Source: Guillardia theta CCMP2712 (taxonomy: Eukaryota > Protista > Cryptophyta). From it: DNA of 64,000 nt. The position numbers were made by a program, and so were the translations under genes. The notes beneath the pieces were generated by a model that worked only from the letters and a program-made list of their open reading frames with translations, did no database searches and was not told the DNA's origin. Positions 25,450 through 37,818 of this stretch are shown here, piece by piece (position 1 is the first letter of the stretch; every line of letters starts with the position of its first letter). Location: the NCBI RefSeq assembly GCF_000315625.1, contig NW_005434592.1, forward strand, positions 286,126 to 350,125, read 5' to 3'.

Positions 25450-27257
25450 CAAAGATCCAACGTACACGCACGCATCAGTCGACAAAGTTTTTAACTTCAT
25501 AGTCCCCATACAAGGCCATGTAGATGTATGTCGGATCCGGGTTCCCCGAGGTCACCCTTTACTCAATCTCGGGCAAAAGCTGACTAGGCACTTCAACGAC
25601 GGTCATTGATGACCTGAGGCTTGCGATGGGCCAGCCACGCTGACTCAACCGCCCGAACTTGCTCGACCCGCAAGTCAGTGGCATCGGGGGTCGTCAACAT
25701 GGTTGGTCCTACACTGAGGTGCCTTGAGACTGGTCGGCAGTCAAAGATGAGTGCTGCTGGTGTCATAGCTTATAATCAGCACGTGTAAACATGCGATGTG
25801 ACAAGACATAACGGGATAGTGCGACACGGCTGAATCATGTGTGAAGTTTCACAGGTTCCTTTCGATGTCTAAGTTGTCGTAGAATGTCTTGCTGTTTGTC
25901 AGCTTCTTCTTCTTTTGTGACCGAGAAAGTTTGGGTCCGCGCTTTGAGCCAATCTTTCTTGACGACTCACCATCTGACTCGAAGAGGTCGTCTGCAGGAA
26001 TAGCTGTCAGACTTCATCGCATGCAGGAGGCAAGAGGACATTTACCTGTGAACGGGTTGGCAGAACGATTTGGATTGTCCGGATCCTCCTGCAATGATAC
26101 GCTTGAGACATCTTTCTTCCCTACATTATCAGCAGAAGATTGCTGGGATGGAGACGAAACTTCGTCAGAGGATTGATTTCCGTTCTGATCCTGATCCTGA
26201 TCCTGATCTTCTTCGCCATCAAGATTGCTTGATTCTTCCTCAAGTTCTTCTTCTGCCTAAAGAAGCAACTTTGAGTGGAATCCTTGAAACTTGTGATACT
26301 AAGTTACCTCTTTGATTATTCGTTTGTCAATGTTCTCTTCCTCTGCTTCAGGCATTTTCATTATCTTCTGTTGCTTTTCTATCATGTACTCTCGCTGCGA
26401 CTTCTTGGAGGTGATTGTGTCATCTAGCTCTTCAATGCCTGTGATACAAGTAGACAAACATCACAAGGGCAGATTGTAGACAACAAAAGCAACTTGATAT
26501 GTTCAAGACTTCGTCGCGGAGGCCTCCAAGCAGCTCGTCATCCGTCAGTTGAAACTCCTTCGCTTCTGTTGCAAGGCATTCATCACCGCCTGACCATCAG
26601 CAACGACATGCTAACAAGCATGATGATCATCACCTTCAGAATCTATGTCGTCTGGCAAAGGAGGAGCAAGCGATCGCAGATACTTGAGAATTTTCTCTTT
26701 GACCTTGGGTTTAAGGAGCTTGGCAAAGTCTGTACGCTATTGAATATAGACTAGATCAACTTCATATCAGATCACAATTCAGTGAGAACAACCGTTTCTT
26801 CTGGCTCTTCGTCTTGTTCAGATTCAACGTTTTGCATCATTTGTTGCTTGCGAGCCTTCCGGGCTTCCTTGAATAGGAGTCAACGCTCGGTGGTGCAAAT
26901 TTTTGCGAGTTGATCCAAGAAACAAATACCTTGCGAGCTTTTTCCTTGTCATTCTTTTCTCTACAAAATTACAGCCATCAGAAGATCAAAGTCAGACATT
27001 GCGATCAACCTCTGCTTCTTTTTTTCTGCCATTGTTCGAATCTGCTCGCGCAGCTTCTCTTTGTTTCGGAGAAGGCGCAATGCTTTCTTTCTACCATCGT
27101 GAGATCCACGTCCTCTCAGTCGCTCTTTCAGTCCACCATTGATTTCGCAGATTAGCCATCGTCTAGCTATATCACCCGCCGATGCACACTGACTGTATGT
27201 TGTCACATCCAGGCAGAAGAGGCAGAGGCAGACGACTCTGATAGCGGAAAGGAGCAT
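25450..27257 (-). CDS. Hypothetical protein with signal-peptide-like N-terminus and charged low-complexity body
   Basis: MLLSAIRVVCLCLFCLDVTTYSQC followed by a K/R-rich segment; several short introns; 3' end uncertain. Confidence 0.45.
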
Positions 27258-27534
27258 GACAAAGCGCGGTTGCAGCTGTCTGAAGGTGTGTGTGCTAATC
27301 GATGTTGGCTTGCAGCATGTCAACCTAGACAGGAGGAGGAGGAGGAGAGCAGGGAGGAACGAGGACGCGCCATCCCTCCCATCACAGCCATGGTTCCTGC
27401 TTGGTCCTGCAGGAGACGCATCGGTGTCTGCGAGCTCGCCTCAGAGAAAAATCAATAAACTTCACCCCTTCGCAGTCCACCGTCAAAGGGGGGTGGGGGT
27501 GGTCAATCTGTGAAGAAGCTCTGCACGTGCGGTC

Positions 27535-28485
27535 ATGGCCAGGAAGCCCAAGGGAGGGCGGAGGGAGGGGAGGAAGGACAAGGCGGAGGAGAAGCCTCTG
27601 AAAGGAGAATCTGATAGCGAAGATGGAGATATGCAGGTCGAAGATAAGGCTCCTCAAGGCAAGCTGGCAGCTTTCTCGGCGGCCAGCAAACAGCAAGAGA
27701 AAGGTAAAGGGAACACCTTCAGGAATAAGCAGAGAGTGCTCGTCCTGGCGTCAAGGGGTATTGTCCACAGATTCAGACATCTCATGTTGGATGTCCTAAA
27801 AATGCTCCCTCATGGTGCAAAAGATGCGAAGATGGAGAGCAAAGATCGTCCGTCAGTGATCAACGAGCTTTGTGAAATGCGTGGGTGTAACGGGGCCCTG
27901 TACTTTGAGACACGGAAACACAAGGATCTGTATCTGTGGGTAGCAAGAACCCCACATGGACCAAGCGCCAAGTTTTTGGTAAAGAACATCCACACCATGG
28001 CTGAACTAAAATTTACGGGAAACCATCTTATGTATTCACGACCATTCTTGGTGTTCGATGCAACGTTCGAATCTGAGCCATACCTGCAATTGTTAAAAGA
28101 AATGTTCATGCAAACGTTTGGAACGCCAAGAAATCATCGCAGAAGCAAACCGTTTGTGGATCACACCCTTTCTTTCTATGTACTCGATGGGCACATCTGG
28201 ATCAGAAATTATCAGGTAGCCAAGAACGAGGACACCGGGGAGACTTCGCTGGTGGAGGTGGGTCCTAGATTCTGTTTACAGCTGCACAGAATCTTCGCTG
28301 GGGCGTTTGAGGGCACAACAGTCTACTCGAATACAGACTACATCAGCCCCAATGTGATCCGCGCTCGCGAGAAGCTGGTCAAGGGTGGCAAGTACAAGTC
28401 CCGCGTACAGGAGAAGAAAGAAGCTATCCTGCGTCAGCAGACCACGCCCAAGGTTGAGAATCCTTTTGCTGGAGTCTTCAAATAG
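27535..28485 (+). CDS. BRX1: Ribosome biogenesis protein BRX1 (Brix domain), intronless
   Basis: NKQRVLVLASRGI..RHLMLD..PH..FETRKHKDLYLW..GPSAKFLV.NIHTMAELKFTGN..SRPFLVFD..SKPFVDH..IWIRNYQV..LVEVGPRF. Confidence 0.95.
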   Translation: MARKPKGGRREGRKDKAEEKPLKGESDSEDGDMQVEDKAPQGKLAAFSAASKQQEKGKGNTFRNKQRVLVLASRGIVHRFRHLMLDVLKMLPHGAKDAKMESKDRPSVINELCEMRGCNGALYFETRKHKDLYLWVARTPHGPSAKFLVKNIHTMAELKFTGNHLMYSRPFLVFDATFESEPYLQLLKEMFMQTFGTPRNHRRSKPFVDHTLSFYVLDGHIWIRNYQVAKNEDTGETSLVEVGPRFCLQLHRIFAGAFEGTTVYSNTDYISPNVIRAREKLVKGGKYKSRVQEKKEAILRQQTTPKVENPFAGVFK

Positions 28486-28705
28486 ATTTCAGCTGCCTGA
28501 CATGTGAATTTCATATCATTTCGAACCATCGAGGTGGTTCACAGAATTTTAATGCATCAGCATCACTTTGAATGTCGAAGTCATAAACGTTTTCATTTAT
28601 TCATCAACATTCATTCTATTTTCTTTCACTTTTCTTTGCAAACTCTGATGTTCAAAGATTTGCCGAATTCACGCTACCAAAAATATCTTTGATGGCGAGA
28701 CATAA

Positions 28706-30249
28706 TTAAACAAATAGCTTCTCGATCGCCTCCGCCTAAAAACAAATCTGGATCAGTCCATGCACCAAGTTTGGAAACTTCAGTTCACCTGCTCTGGGGT
28801 TAATTTCTTTGGAAATTTCACCTGAACTCGAATGTTATCTCAAGCTACAAAAGAGTCAAAATCTTCACCTTCATTTGTATTTTCAGGTCGCCAGTCTCAG
28901 ATGGAAACCCATGGATAGGCATTCCCTCACCCTGAGCCGGATCGCTTGTAAGAAGCAGGGAGGCAGGCAGGGAGAAAGGCAGAAAGGAATCATCACCTTG
29001 ATCACTTTAGTCGAATATGGGCCCGTGACTCCAGTCTCCTCCACAATGATATCACGACCATCCAACTGCTTCACAGTTCTTGAGAACCCGACAAGGGCCT
29101 CCTTAAGTGTGATTTCCATGGTCATGTGAAGGTCATTCCCCTGTAAAGCAAGAGTAACTGAAAGAAAAAGTGAGGTGCGCTTGCGATGTCATACCTTCCT
29201 CTTGAACACGCTGTGGTCCTTCTGTCTCAGCGACACTATCACATCGCCAGGAACTTGTCCAGGACTCTGCTCGCTGGCTCCTTTGAACTTCACCTCATAG
29301 CCGTCCGGCGCTCCTTTTTCTACAGTCATCTTCAGCTCCTTGGGCTCATTCTTGCAACGATGCTCTGACGGCACTTGTTGCTGCTGCTGCACGACGAAGC
29401 CTGGTGCAACCTGCTGCTGCACCATCTTGACTTCAGGAGGGCATTCCCCACAGTCCTTGCAATGTTCCTTCCTCCAGTTTTGCCTGCCCTTGCAATTTCT
29501 GCACACGACACGCCTCTTGATGGACATGGACACGTCGTTGCCGTTGTACATGTCCTCCAGGGACACGTGCATGTCTACCTTGGCGTCTGGGCCTCGATTT
29601 ACCCCGCGCTGTCCCCCCCCGAAGAAGGCATCGAACGGACTCACTGGAGCATTCTGTCCCTTTTCGTGCTGATCAAGACCCTCGTGGCCCGCATGGTCAT
29701 ACACCATCCTCAGCTCCTCGTCTGAGAGCACTTCGTATGCTCGCTGAATCTGTTGGAATTTCTTGGCATCCCCTCCCTTGTCGGGGTGATTCTTGATACT
29801 CAGCTTTCTGAAAACTTTCTTGATTTCCGCAGCATCAGCATCTCTGTTCACTCCAAGAACTATAGGACAAGGCGCGTTACAAAGTTGTCGAACCCGCACT
29901 TAAGCATCAATACATGCAACAATCAAAATGGGTAGCAGACATGCATTTGCTTCTCAAGAAAGAAGTGATAATAGGTTGAGGTACAACAGAAGAATTGGAG
30001 GACTTGAGCTAACACCATCAGTCAACGTCCTTGAGGTTACACTCGTGCGCAGCAGCGGTTCTTCCACTGAAGCACTTGGCTAACCACAGGCCGAGTGTGT
30101 TGGAAGCATGATGCATACACAGTTGTGGAGAGGAGAAGGAGGGCATTAGCATTGAATCACCTACCTTCATACAAGTCAACCTCTTCCTCAGCGTACGAGA
30201 CGCTCAGGCCCAGCGCCAGGACGAGCACGACGAGGAGCGACCAGCGCAT
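28706..30249 (-). CDS. ER-luminal DnaJ/Hsp40 (ERdj3/DNAJB11-like)
   Basis: Signal peptide MRWSLLVVLVLALGLSVSYA, J domain with HPD (KNHPDKGG), G/F region, Cys-containing insert, DnaJ_C (GEGMP..GDLKI); stop at 28706. Confidence 0.9.
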
Positions 30250-30589
30250 TATGGCACTTCTTGCGAGATCCAACAGGACGACTACGAGTCAGGTAGGGGT
30301 AGGGTGGGATTCAGGGAAAGGTGGGGGTAGTCTGCTCGCTTGTGGAGATGTATGGTAGATTTGGATTTTGGGAGGGGTGTAGCACCAGAAGGGGTACAAC
30401 ATACGAGGCATAATATAGACTAATGAGAAATTGTATAGTCCTTCAATCGAAACATCGAGGATCTTGAGGTGCTTTCATAGACCATCATCAAGAACAACTC
30501 AAATTTCACCACCCTTCGAACAGCTAGGCATGGTCCGGGGATGAGGGGTTGCCACGTGGATGTAACGGAAAAATCCTTCCACGTGGTTC

Positions 30590-31130
30590 TTCTGTAACCG
30601 GCGCTGTCCGTGATGCCGGCAGTGGGCCAGCGGTCCGTGATGCCGGCAGCCTGACTCACAGGCTCCGAGAGTCACTGCCGGCATCACGCCGCCGGACAGT
30701 CGGACACCGGCTCCGCCGCCGGCGATCTGTCCGTGATGCCGGCAGTGAGCGGCGGCCCGGCAGGGTGAGATTGCGGCCGGCCCCGGCCGGGCCGGGCAAT
30801 TGAACCCTGACCGCCGCCGTGCGTGACTTCGGAAGGCTTGCGGTACGGTCCGGGATCGGACTGTCGCGAGTCGGCGGCGACCGACTCTTCGGAAGCAGTT
30901 CCGCCGGAATGTTTTAACTAAGTTGACTCGACTTTGAGTAAACGCCCGGACTGACAGTGAGTCAGCCTGGGATGCGACTGACTCGTGAGTCGGACCGTAC
31001 TCCGAGCCAGGCCGCGGCCCCGGGCCCGGCAGTGACTCGAGTCACGCCCGGCCGCCGAGTCCCGGAGTCCAGCCTCGGCGACGGGCCCGGCCGGCCGCCG
31101 GTAAGGTAACTGAGGCGGGTCTGCACAAGC
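30590..31130. repeat. GC-rich intergenic island between divergent genes
   Basis: Contains GTCCGTGATGCCGGCAG x3 plus one inverted partial copy, and ACTTTGAGTAAA at 30931-30942. Confidence 0.75.
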
Positions 31131-31333
31131 CAATGGTTTTTAGTTGGGCAGGGTCGGATCATGCGGGCGATTGGCAAGAGATGAGCAAGGGATGAAGACG
31201 AGAGCGACGAGATGATGCTTCGAGCTGGAGAGTCAAGTGACAGGAAGAGATGATGCTTCGGGCTGGAGCTTCAAGTGACAGAAACTGCCGAATGTCTCGC
31301 CCTCTCCTCCACCTTTCACATTCGTTGTCCTCG

Positions 31334-32849
31334 ATGTCGCGATTGGTCATGCCTGTACTTTGCTCGCTCGTGTGCCTGGTTTCAGTTTCACTGGCGGATC
31401 GGGGTTTCCATTCCGATGCTACTGCATGTATCCTGTCACCTCATCCCGATACGTCACGAAGTCAGTTTGTCGCCACGTTGCGCTCAGCAAGGAATAAGGT
31501 CGGGCATTGGTTCAGACTTTTTCATGCTTATTCCTGGTTGATCAGATTGAAGGAGGGGCAATCAGTGGGCTCGTACAGGCATTTTGTTGAGGATACTCTT
31601 CCTATCCTGAAGTTTGATCGTCACAGGCAAGTGTGTTTCATCCATGGGATCGCGCCTTGTACCTGTCGCAAACAGAGAGGAGAAGCTTCCTGCATGGAAG
31701 CAATTGGAATTATCCGTTCCAAGGGATGTGAGTTTAGTGATACTCATATTTAACTCCGCCTTGACGTTTTATCGAAAGCTCTCAAACTTTGGCACTAAGG
31801 ATCATATCTGCCTCAATCTTTTTCCCCTTAGAGGAGACGCTTGCCCCTGTCGCAGGTTCTGGTTACCTCAACGCCGCCTCGCTGCTCACTTGCTTGTCAG
31901 CAACGATCTGTGGAAATCAAAATCTTGCACAGTTCGTGGCAGGCAATGCAGCTGGAGGAATCAGCGCTGCTGCAATCAACCCCATTCAGGCGATACGGTG
32001 AGTAGTCAAAGACAACATTCGACCACCTGAAATCTGAAGCTCATCTCAAGTGCCGCGACGTTTTCAAAGATGGACAAGAATCCGAACAGCAACCCTCATT
32101 TTTTCAACACTGTAAGCAATCTTGCTCGAACTGCCTCCCTCTTAAGCTCTTCAGGCGAAGGAGATGGCTGCCAAGGGCGGGATTCGACCCTTCCTGCGAG
32201 GCATTCGTCCTACGGTTGGACGAGATCTCGTGAGCAAAGAGATTCACTTGGCAGGCAAATGATGAGATGAGCTCTACAGGTTTTTGGTGGTTTTTTTTCG
32301 TTCCTTCGTCGGGACTTCACAAGCCGTATCTCTTCTGCAGAACATCCTCCAAATCCTGTTCTATGCTTCGCATGTGACATTGCGGCAGCAACACTGGTTG
32401 GACTCTGAAATCAACCTGCTTTCCACAGTTTTGACCTTCTTACAGGCCACAACATTTTCTTCTCCATTCAACTATGCTAGAAATATCATGTTCTTTGCAG
32501 CTGATGAAAACAAAGGCGATGATGGTGTGTCAGGTATTCGAGCCCCCCTGGTGTACGAGAGCTTAAGACCATGACTCTGATTGGTGGCCTCTTCAAGAAA
32601 GCTGGTGAATTTATGAGACCATCGTTGGTACGTCGACTTAGCAATCCAACAGCTCGTCAACGCAACGTTTGGCAATCGATGGTGTTCTTGCAAAATAATC
32701 TTAAGATAGGTAACTTGTGGGTACGAAGGTTGCATGCTTGACAGCTCTCAGGTGTTGCTACGCTGCGAGTCGCTTTCTCCATGGCACTTGCAGCAAGCAC
32801 TTACCGGACATACACAGCTTTTGAAAAAAAAGAAAAATCCGAAGTGTGA
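31334..32849 (+). CDS. Divergent mitochondrial carrier family (SLC25) protein with N-terminal signal-peptide-like extension
   Basis: Three carrier repeats: GGAISGL..VFHPWDRAL, VAGNAAGGISAAAINPIQAIR..GGIRPFLRGIRPTVGRD, TTFSSPFNYARN; many short introns. Confidence 0.75.
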
Positions 32850-32968
32850 TATCAAGAGCAATGTTGATTAATACTTTCTGTGAGTATTTTAGGTTGAAGG
32901 AGTAAACAAGTCTTCAAGCAAATTTCGGATGGCAGATTGAAACAATCACTGCATCGACGTCCATTCGC

Positions 32969-34120
32969 TCAAGGAGTCACGCGATAGCGAGTGTCCATGG
33001 GCTTCCACTCCGGCTGGACCGTCTCGTGCAGAGGGAGCGGAGGATGTGAGAAACGATCTGGGGAAATATTCAACGATCCGTTCAAACTCAGCGGAAGCAT
33101 GTTGTCTTTTGCCATTATCCAGAAGAGTTGCACATGGCGAGTGAATTTGCCTTCAAGTAACTTTGATGAGGTTTCGAGAGTTTGCATCCTGAGGTCCCGT
33201 GCTACATCCAACGTGGTGCGACCAAGAGGACAGATGCCTTCTTCAAGAACGACGGTCAGTATCAGAGGTTGCTGCCCCATATCCACCACTCTGATCTGCC
33301 ATCGACAGTCAGACTTGACATACAAAACCTGTCAAAATCCTCACCTTGTTAGAATTGCAGCCAGCAGCGTGAGCTAAGTCCTCTGCGATGGAGCGAAAAA
33401 AGACATTCTCGCTGCAGCCAGCATCCTTGAAGCTCATGTCTAGTTGTATTTGAACCTTGCATTCTTTCGAAGGATCTGAGCGGCTCGACCTGGTCGGTGA
33501 GAGCTTCTGAGGACTTGTTGGCTTGGGAGAACTGCCACTTGAATCCTCGCCGTTGTAATATGCTTTCATCTTCTCAAGCGCTTCCTCTTTTTCGTTGCTC
33601 GTCATGGCTCGGAGACGAAGTGTGGAGTCAATCTTTGCAACAGGGTTCTCTTGGTTTTGGTTTGTCTTTCGTATGTTCCAACTTGATCCCGGTCTTGTTT
33701 GACTGCTGCTGCTGCGGATGATGTGCTTGATGGACTGAGGCTCAGACTCCATCGACTGCCGTGGCGTCAAGTTAGAGTGTGAACCTCGAACGAGCGAGAA
33801 GAGCATCACTGCATTCTTACATGGACACGATAACTTTTTATGTCGTCTTGCGGTTCGTGTCTACAAACTTGCGAACAAGACTCGACAGCGCCCATGATGG
33901 GTTCAGTTTTAACCTGATGTACAAACACGACAATGATCACGTTCTTGCTTCTTGCAACAGTTATCGTCGACAAGTCCGTCAACGACATCTCACTTTCCCC
34001 TTCTCTTGCTCTCACCTCGCTTGGCTGGCGGTAGGCTGCTTGCTCTGAGCTTGATCTGCTCTTCGACTCTCTACCTGTGAACTCGGAACGCTCCGCCCCT
34101 TGTGGGCTGATATCATGCCC
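32969..34120 (-). CDS. Hypothetical protein with a SEA-like repeat module
   Basis: VQIQLDMSF..FFRSIAEDLAHAAGC..|IRVVDM..LTVVL..VARDLRMQ..SSKLLEGKFT; 5' end uncertain. Confidence 0.5.
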
Positions 34121-34420
34121 TCATGAGGCTTCCGTTGAACAGAGGTACCGGTGCTGACAAGAGTAAAGTTCTAAGATCAATGTAGGGTAGGGTATCTACC
34201 CGTACCCCCTCTTGTATCTATATCTTCCTCAATCTGAGTGGTCATAAGTCATTTCTTTTTTCATATCAGCGGTCATTTTCAAGACATCTTATTTTTCTTG
34301 GGTTCGAGCACTTGTTGACAAACCTGAATCTCTATTCCTACTCTTGTTGTCATCGAACATTTCATGAAATTTATGTTGCTACTGCTTCAATTACGTTACA
34401 AAACAATTACATTACACCAG

Positions 34421-37400
34421 TTACTCCTCTTCCCATGCCTTGCGAGCCTCGGAGGGAGTGATGCTGGTGGGGTTGATTGGCTTTAAGGAGTCGACGTCGG
34501 GGAGCTTGTACTCCGATTTCTTGCTGAGAAGCAGAGCAGTCAGCTTACCTTTCAAACATTCGCAACATCGAAAGGGCAGAAAAAGAAAGTGATGAGAGCC
34601 GGAAATATGAGAAAAACTATTCACACGACCAGCCCAACAATACCAAAAGGGGGGTGTTTCCTTTGACCAGAACGACCAAGGAACGAAAACTGACAGAAAA
34701 GGCAGGAGGAGACAAACACATACCGATATTCAGTGGATGGTCTGGGAACATCGAGTTGCTGTCGCATCTGGACGAGCGTGAAGGGGAAGAAGACAGACGC
34801 GATCAAGTTGCGAATGACATCTCCTCCAACGCTATCGGAAAGATCCGTCAGTACGGGCATGAACTCTGTGTTTAAACTTACTTGTAGACCTTCCTGATCT
34901 CATCGCGGACGATTGCAATAAGACCTGCACACATGCAGTGAGGTCAAGCAAATTGAACGAAATGCAGTCACACCAGCAAAGAACATGTAACACGTGAAAC
35001 CAAGCACCCAGAGATTGTCTCTCCACGCCTCCTGCTCATGTTTCAGTATCGATGTCAACATCAAGGCGAACGGACCAAGGCAAAAAGGATGATGATAGCA
35101 AAGAACAGGAGGCAGCTGGCAAACATGAAGCGTTGTGCCATGACGAGATCCTGCATCGAGTCAGAAGCGAAAAGAAGAGAGGAATCCTGTTACATGAGAA
35201 GAGTGACTGATCGTGAACATAGATAGCGTGCATTTCTCATCGCGCAGTAATCTCACGCAATCCCCAAGCACATACCATGGACACTGTAAGTTCGATCAAA
35301 AAAAACAAAGCAGTCGGATCAATAATGATTACCGCGCAGCATAGAGCAAAAAGTTTCCAGTCTTCAAGGGAAGGAGGCTCTACCTTGCCCAGACTAATGG
35401 AGGCAGAGCAAGTTTCAGTGGAGATCTACCACTTGACATTACAGAATACCTCAAACAAAAGTCGACAATCTTTGACATGTTCAGGATTGACGTTGACCAG
35501 AACTCCATACCATTGTCTTTTGAGGTGAGTTCGTTGTATCTTCCTTCAATGACATTCAAGTCTCTGTTGGTATCGCTATGCAGCTCCATGTCAAAGGCAA
35601 TCTTGAGCCCGTAGCAGAGGACGCAGACGATCACTGTGTAGGGCAGTCCCATGACAACTATGACGGTCTGCAGAGCTGTTAGCGCTTTGTTGCCTCCAGC
35701 AATAATCATAACGATCGTCACTGTCCCTATCATGAACGACCAGATTTGCTTCTGTACGGCATTGGAGTATCCATGAGGGCCGTTGGACCCAATTATATTC
35801 AGGATGATACTTCCAGAATCGTTGGTGCTGATGACCGACAAAATCATACAAAAGAGCGAGAGGACAATCATGAACTCTCCGACGTTCTCGTACTGCGAAA
35901 GAACATCGAACCACATCTGATCAAGCTTCCGAGTCGAAGGACGGATGATCGACTCGCATCCACCTGGTCGAAGGCTCTTAAATCGATTAAGCTGAACCTG
36001 AAGTTGCATGCTCGTTGCCCCATATTGTAGAGGATCGCAAAAGCCGTGATCGAATTGTGCGTTCTGATTGATCCTCGTGCACTGTCCTAAACATCCATCG
36101 CGAATAGCAAGACGTTCCATCCTCAGGCCAGCGCCACCGAAGACAGCAAACCAGATCTGAAATAAACGTCAATAGAGACACCACCAGCAATAACCCTGGA
36201 TGAATGAATGGTGAGAGAGAAGGAGTGATTGGATGGAGAAGCAGAGAAAGCCGCGAACTCACCATATTGAAGAGGACAGGGCCTGTGAGGGAGGCGTTGA
36301 TGATCTCCCTTACTGTCCTACCTTTCGATATTTTGGCAATAAACATCCCAACGAAAGGAGACCAGGAAACCCACCAACTCCAATAGAACACCGTCCACCA
36401 GTCCATCCAGACCGCCGGCCCAGACTTTTTGTCTACCACAACGTTGAGCTGTTCAAAAGCGTCGGAGTAGAAGCCCAAGTCCATAAGGTGCTGGATATGA
36501 TACCCAAAAGACTGGACAAGAAGGTTGAGAAGATAGGTCGTGTCGTCTAGAAACAAGACCATGAAGGCAAGCGCCGACATAGTGCAGAAAGTGATGATGG
36601 AAAGCACACGGACTCCCCTTTTCAACCCAGCATGAGCGGAAATTCCTCCAAGGACAGTCATGAGAGCGATGAGAATCACTTGCACAAGATTGCTTTGTTT
36701 CGCCCCGAATAATAAATTCAGCCCTGTGTTGATCTGGATTGCACCCACACCCATGCTTGTGCAGATTGCAAAGAGAGTGGTGAAGATCGACAGAGCATCT
36801 ACCAAGTCTCCAAACCAACCGAACACGTACTTGCCAAATATAGGAAAGAGACCGGATCGAATCGTGAGAGGTAATCCCATGCGGTGCGCCACGATTCCCA
36901 TAGAGATCCCTACGATGGTGTAGCACATCCAAGCCTGCAATCAAATATTACTCTCAAGAGTCGACGTGTCTACCTTCCACGTCATTACATGGATCCCCCA
37001 ATGATAGTATGCAAGATTGATGGCAATTTGCGAAATCTGATCGAAGGAAAGGTAACCCTCGGCGACGTATCTGTTGTAGCTCAGATGAAATATTGGTTCT
37101 CCAACACCATAGTACACGAGTCCCGTTCCTGGAGCCAAGTGAAACATGGAAAGACAACCACCATGATCTCACCAGAGCCTGCAGTTCCAAACATCATCAT
37201 AAACCACGTGACAGTATTGTATTCAGGGATCGAATTATCGCCTCCCATCTTGATTGAAGCGTACGAAGGACTGAAGGCAAGCGGTCAGGCAACTGGGAAG
37301 GCGAAGCAAATTGAGTGTGACTACCGCAACCAGATATAAGCTATGAAGAAGACCCACACATTCTGCGCACCGATAAAGAACCATGTGAAATTAAATGTGA

Positions 37401-37818
37401 CCCAACTGAGCAAGAAATGAGGCAGGACAACAAATAAAAATGAAGGAAACCTTTTTGTCTGCGCAGTGTAATCGAAGAAATTGTTCTTTTCCAAAACCGC
37501 AATCAGTACTACAATAAATGTTGCCACCTTGATCAATATCAGTTGATTAATGATTCAAGCAAAAAGTGTTCTCACCACAGCCCCTGCAACAACAACAGGA
37601 TTTCCACGCAGGCCGAAAATTTGCATCTCGTGCATGTGTAGAAGTACTGATGCACGTTTCTTAGCAACGTCAATCGAGTTGTCCCTGTGCAGCTCTCCCG
37701 AGAAACCATCCCTCTTGATTTTTTGAGAAGGTTTTCTTTGCCTTGTCTTGGTTCCTCCATGATCGCTTTCCACCCCATTGATTTCGATGTCGTCAAGAGC
37801 TGTGAGATTCATCGACAT
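34421..37818 (-). CDS. BCCT-family betaine/choline/carnitine transporter with PLAC8-like C-terminal extension
   Basis: TWFMMMF..GLVYYGVGEP, YHWGIHAW..Y, GLPLTIRS, WTVFYWSWWVSWSPFVGMFIAKISKGRTVRE, TNDSGS; many short introns; stop at 34421. Confidence 0.92.
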
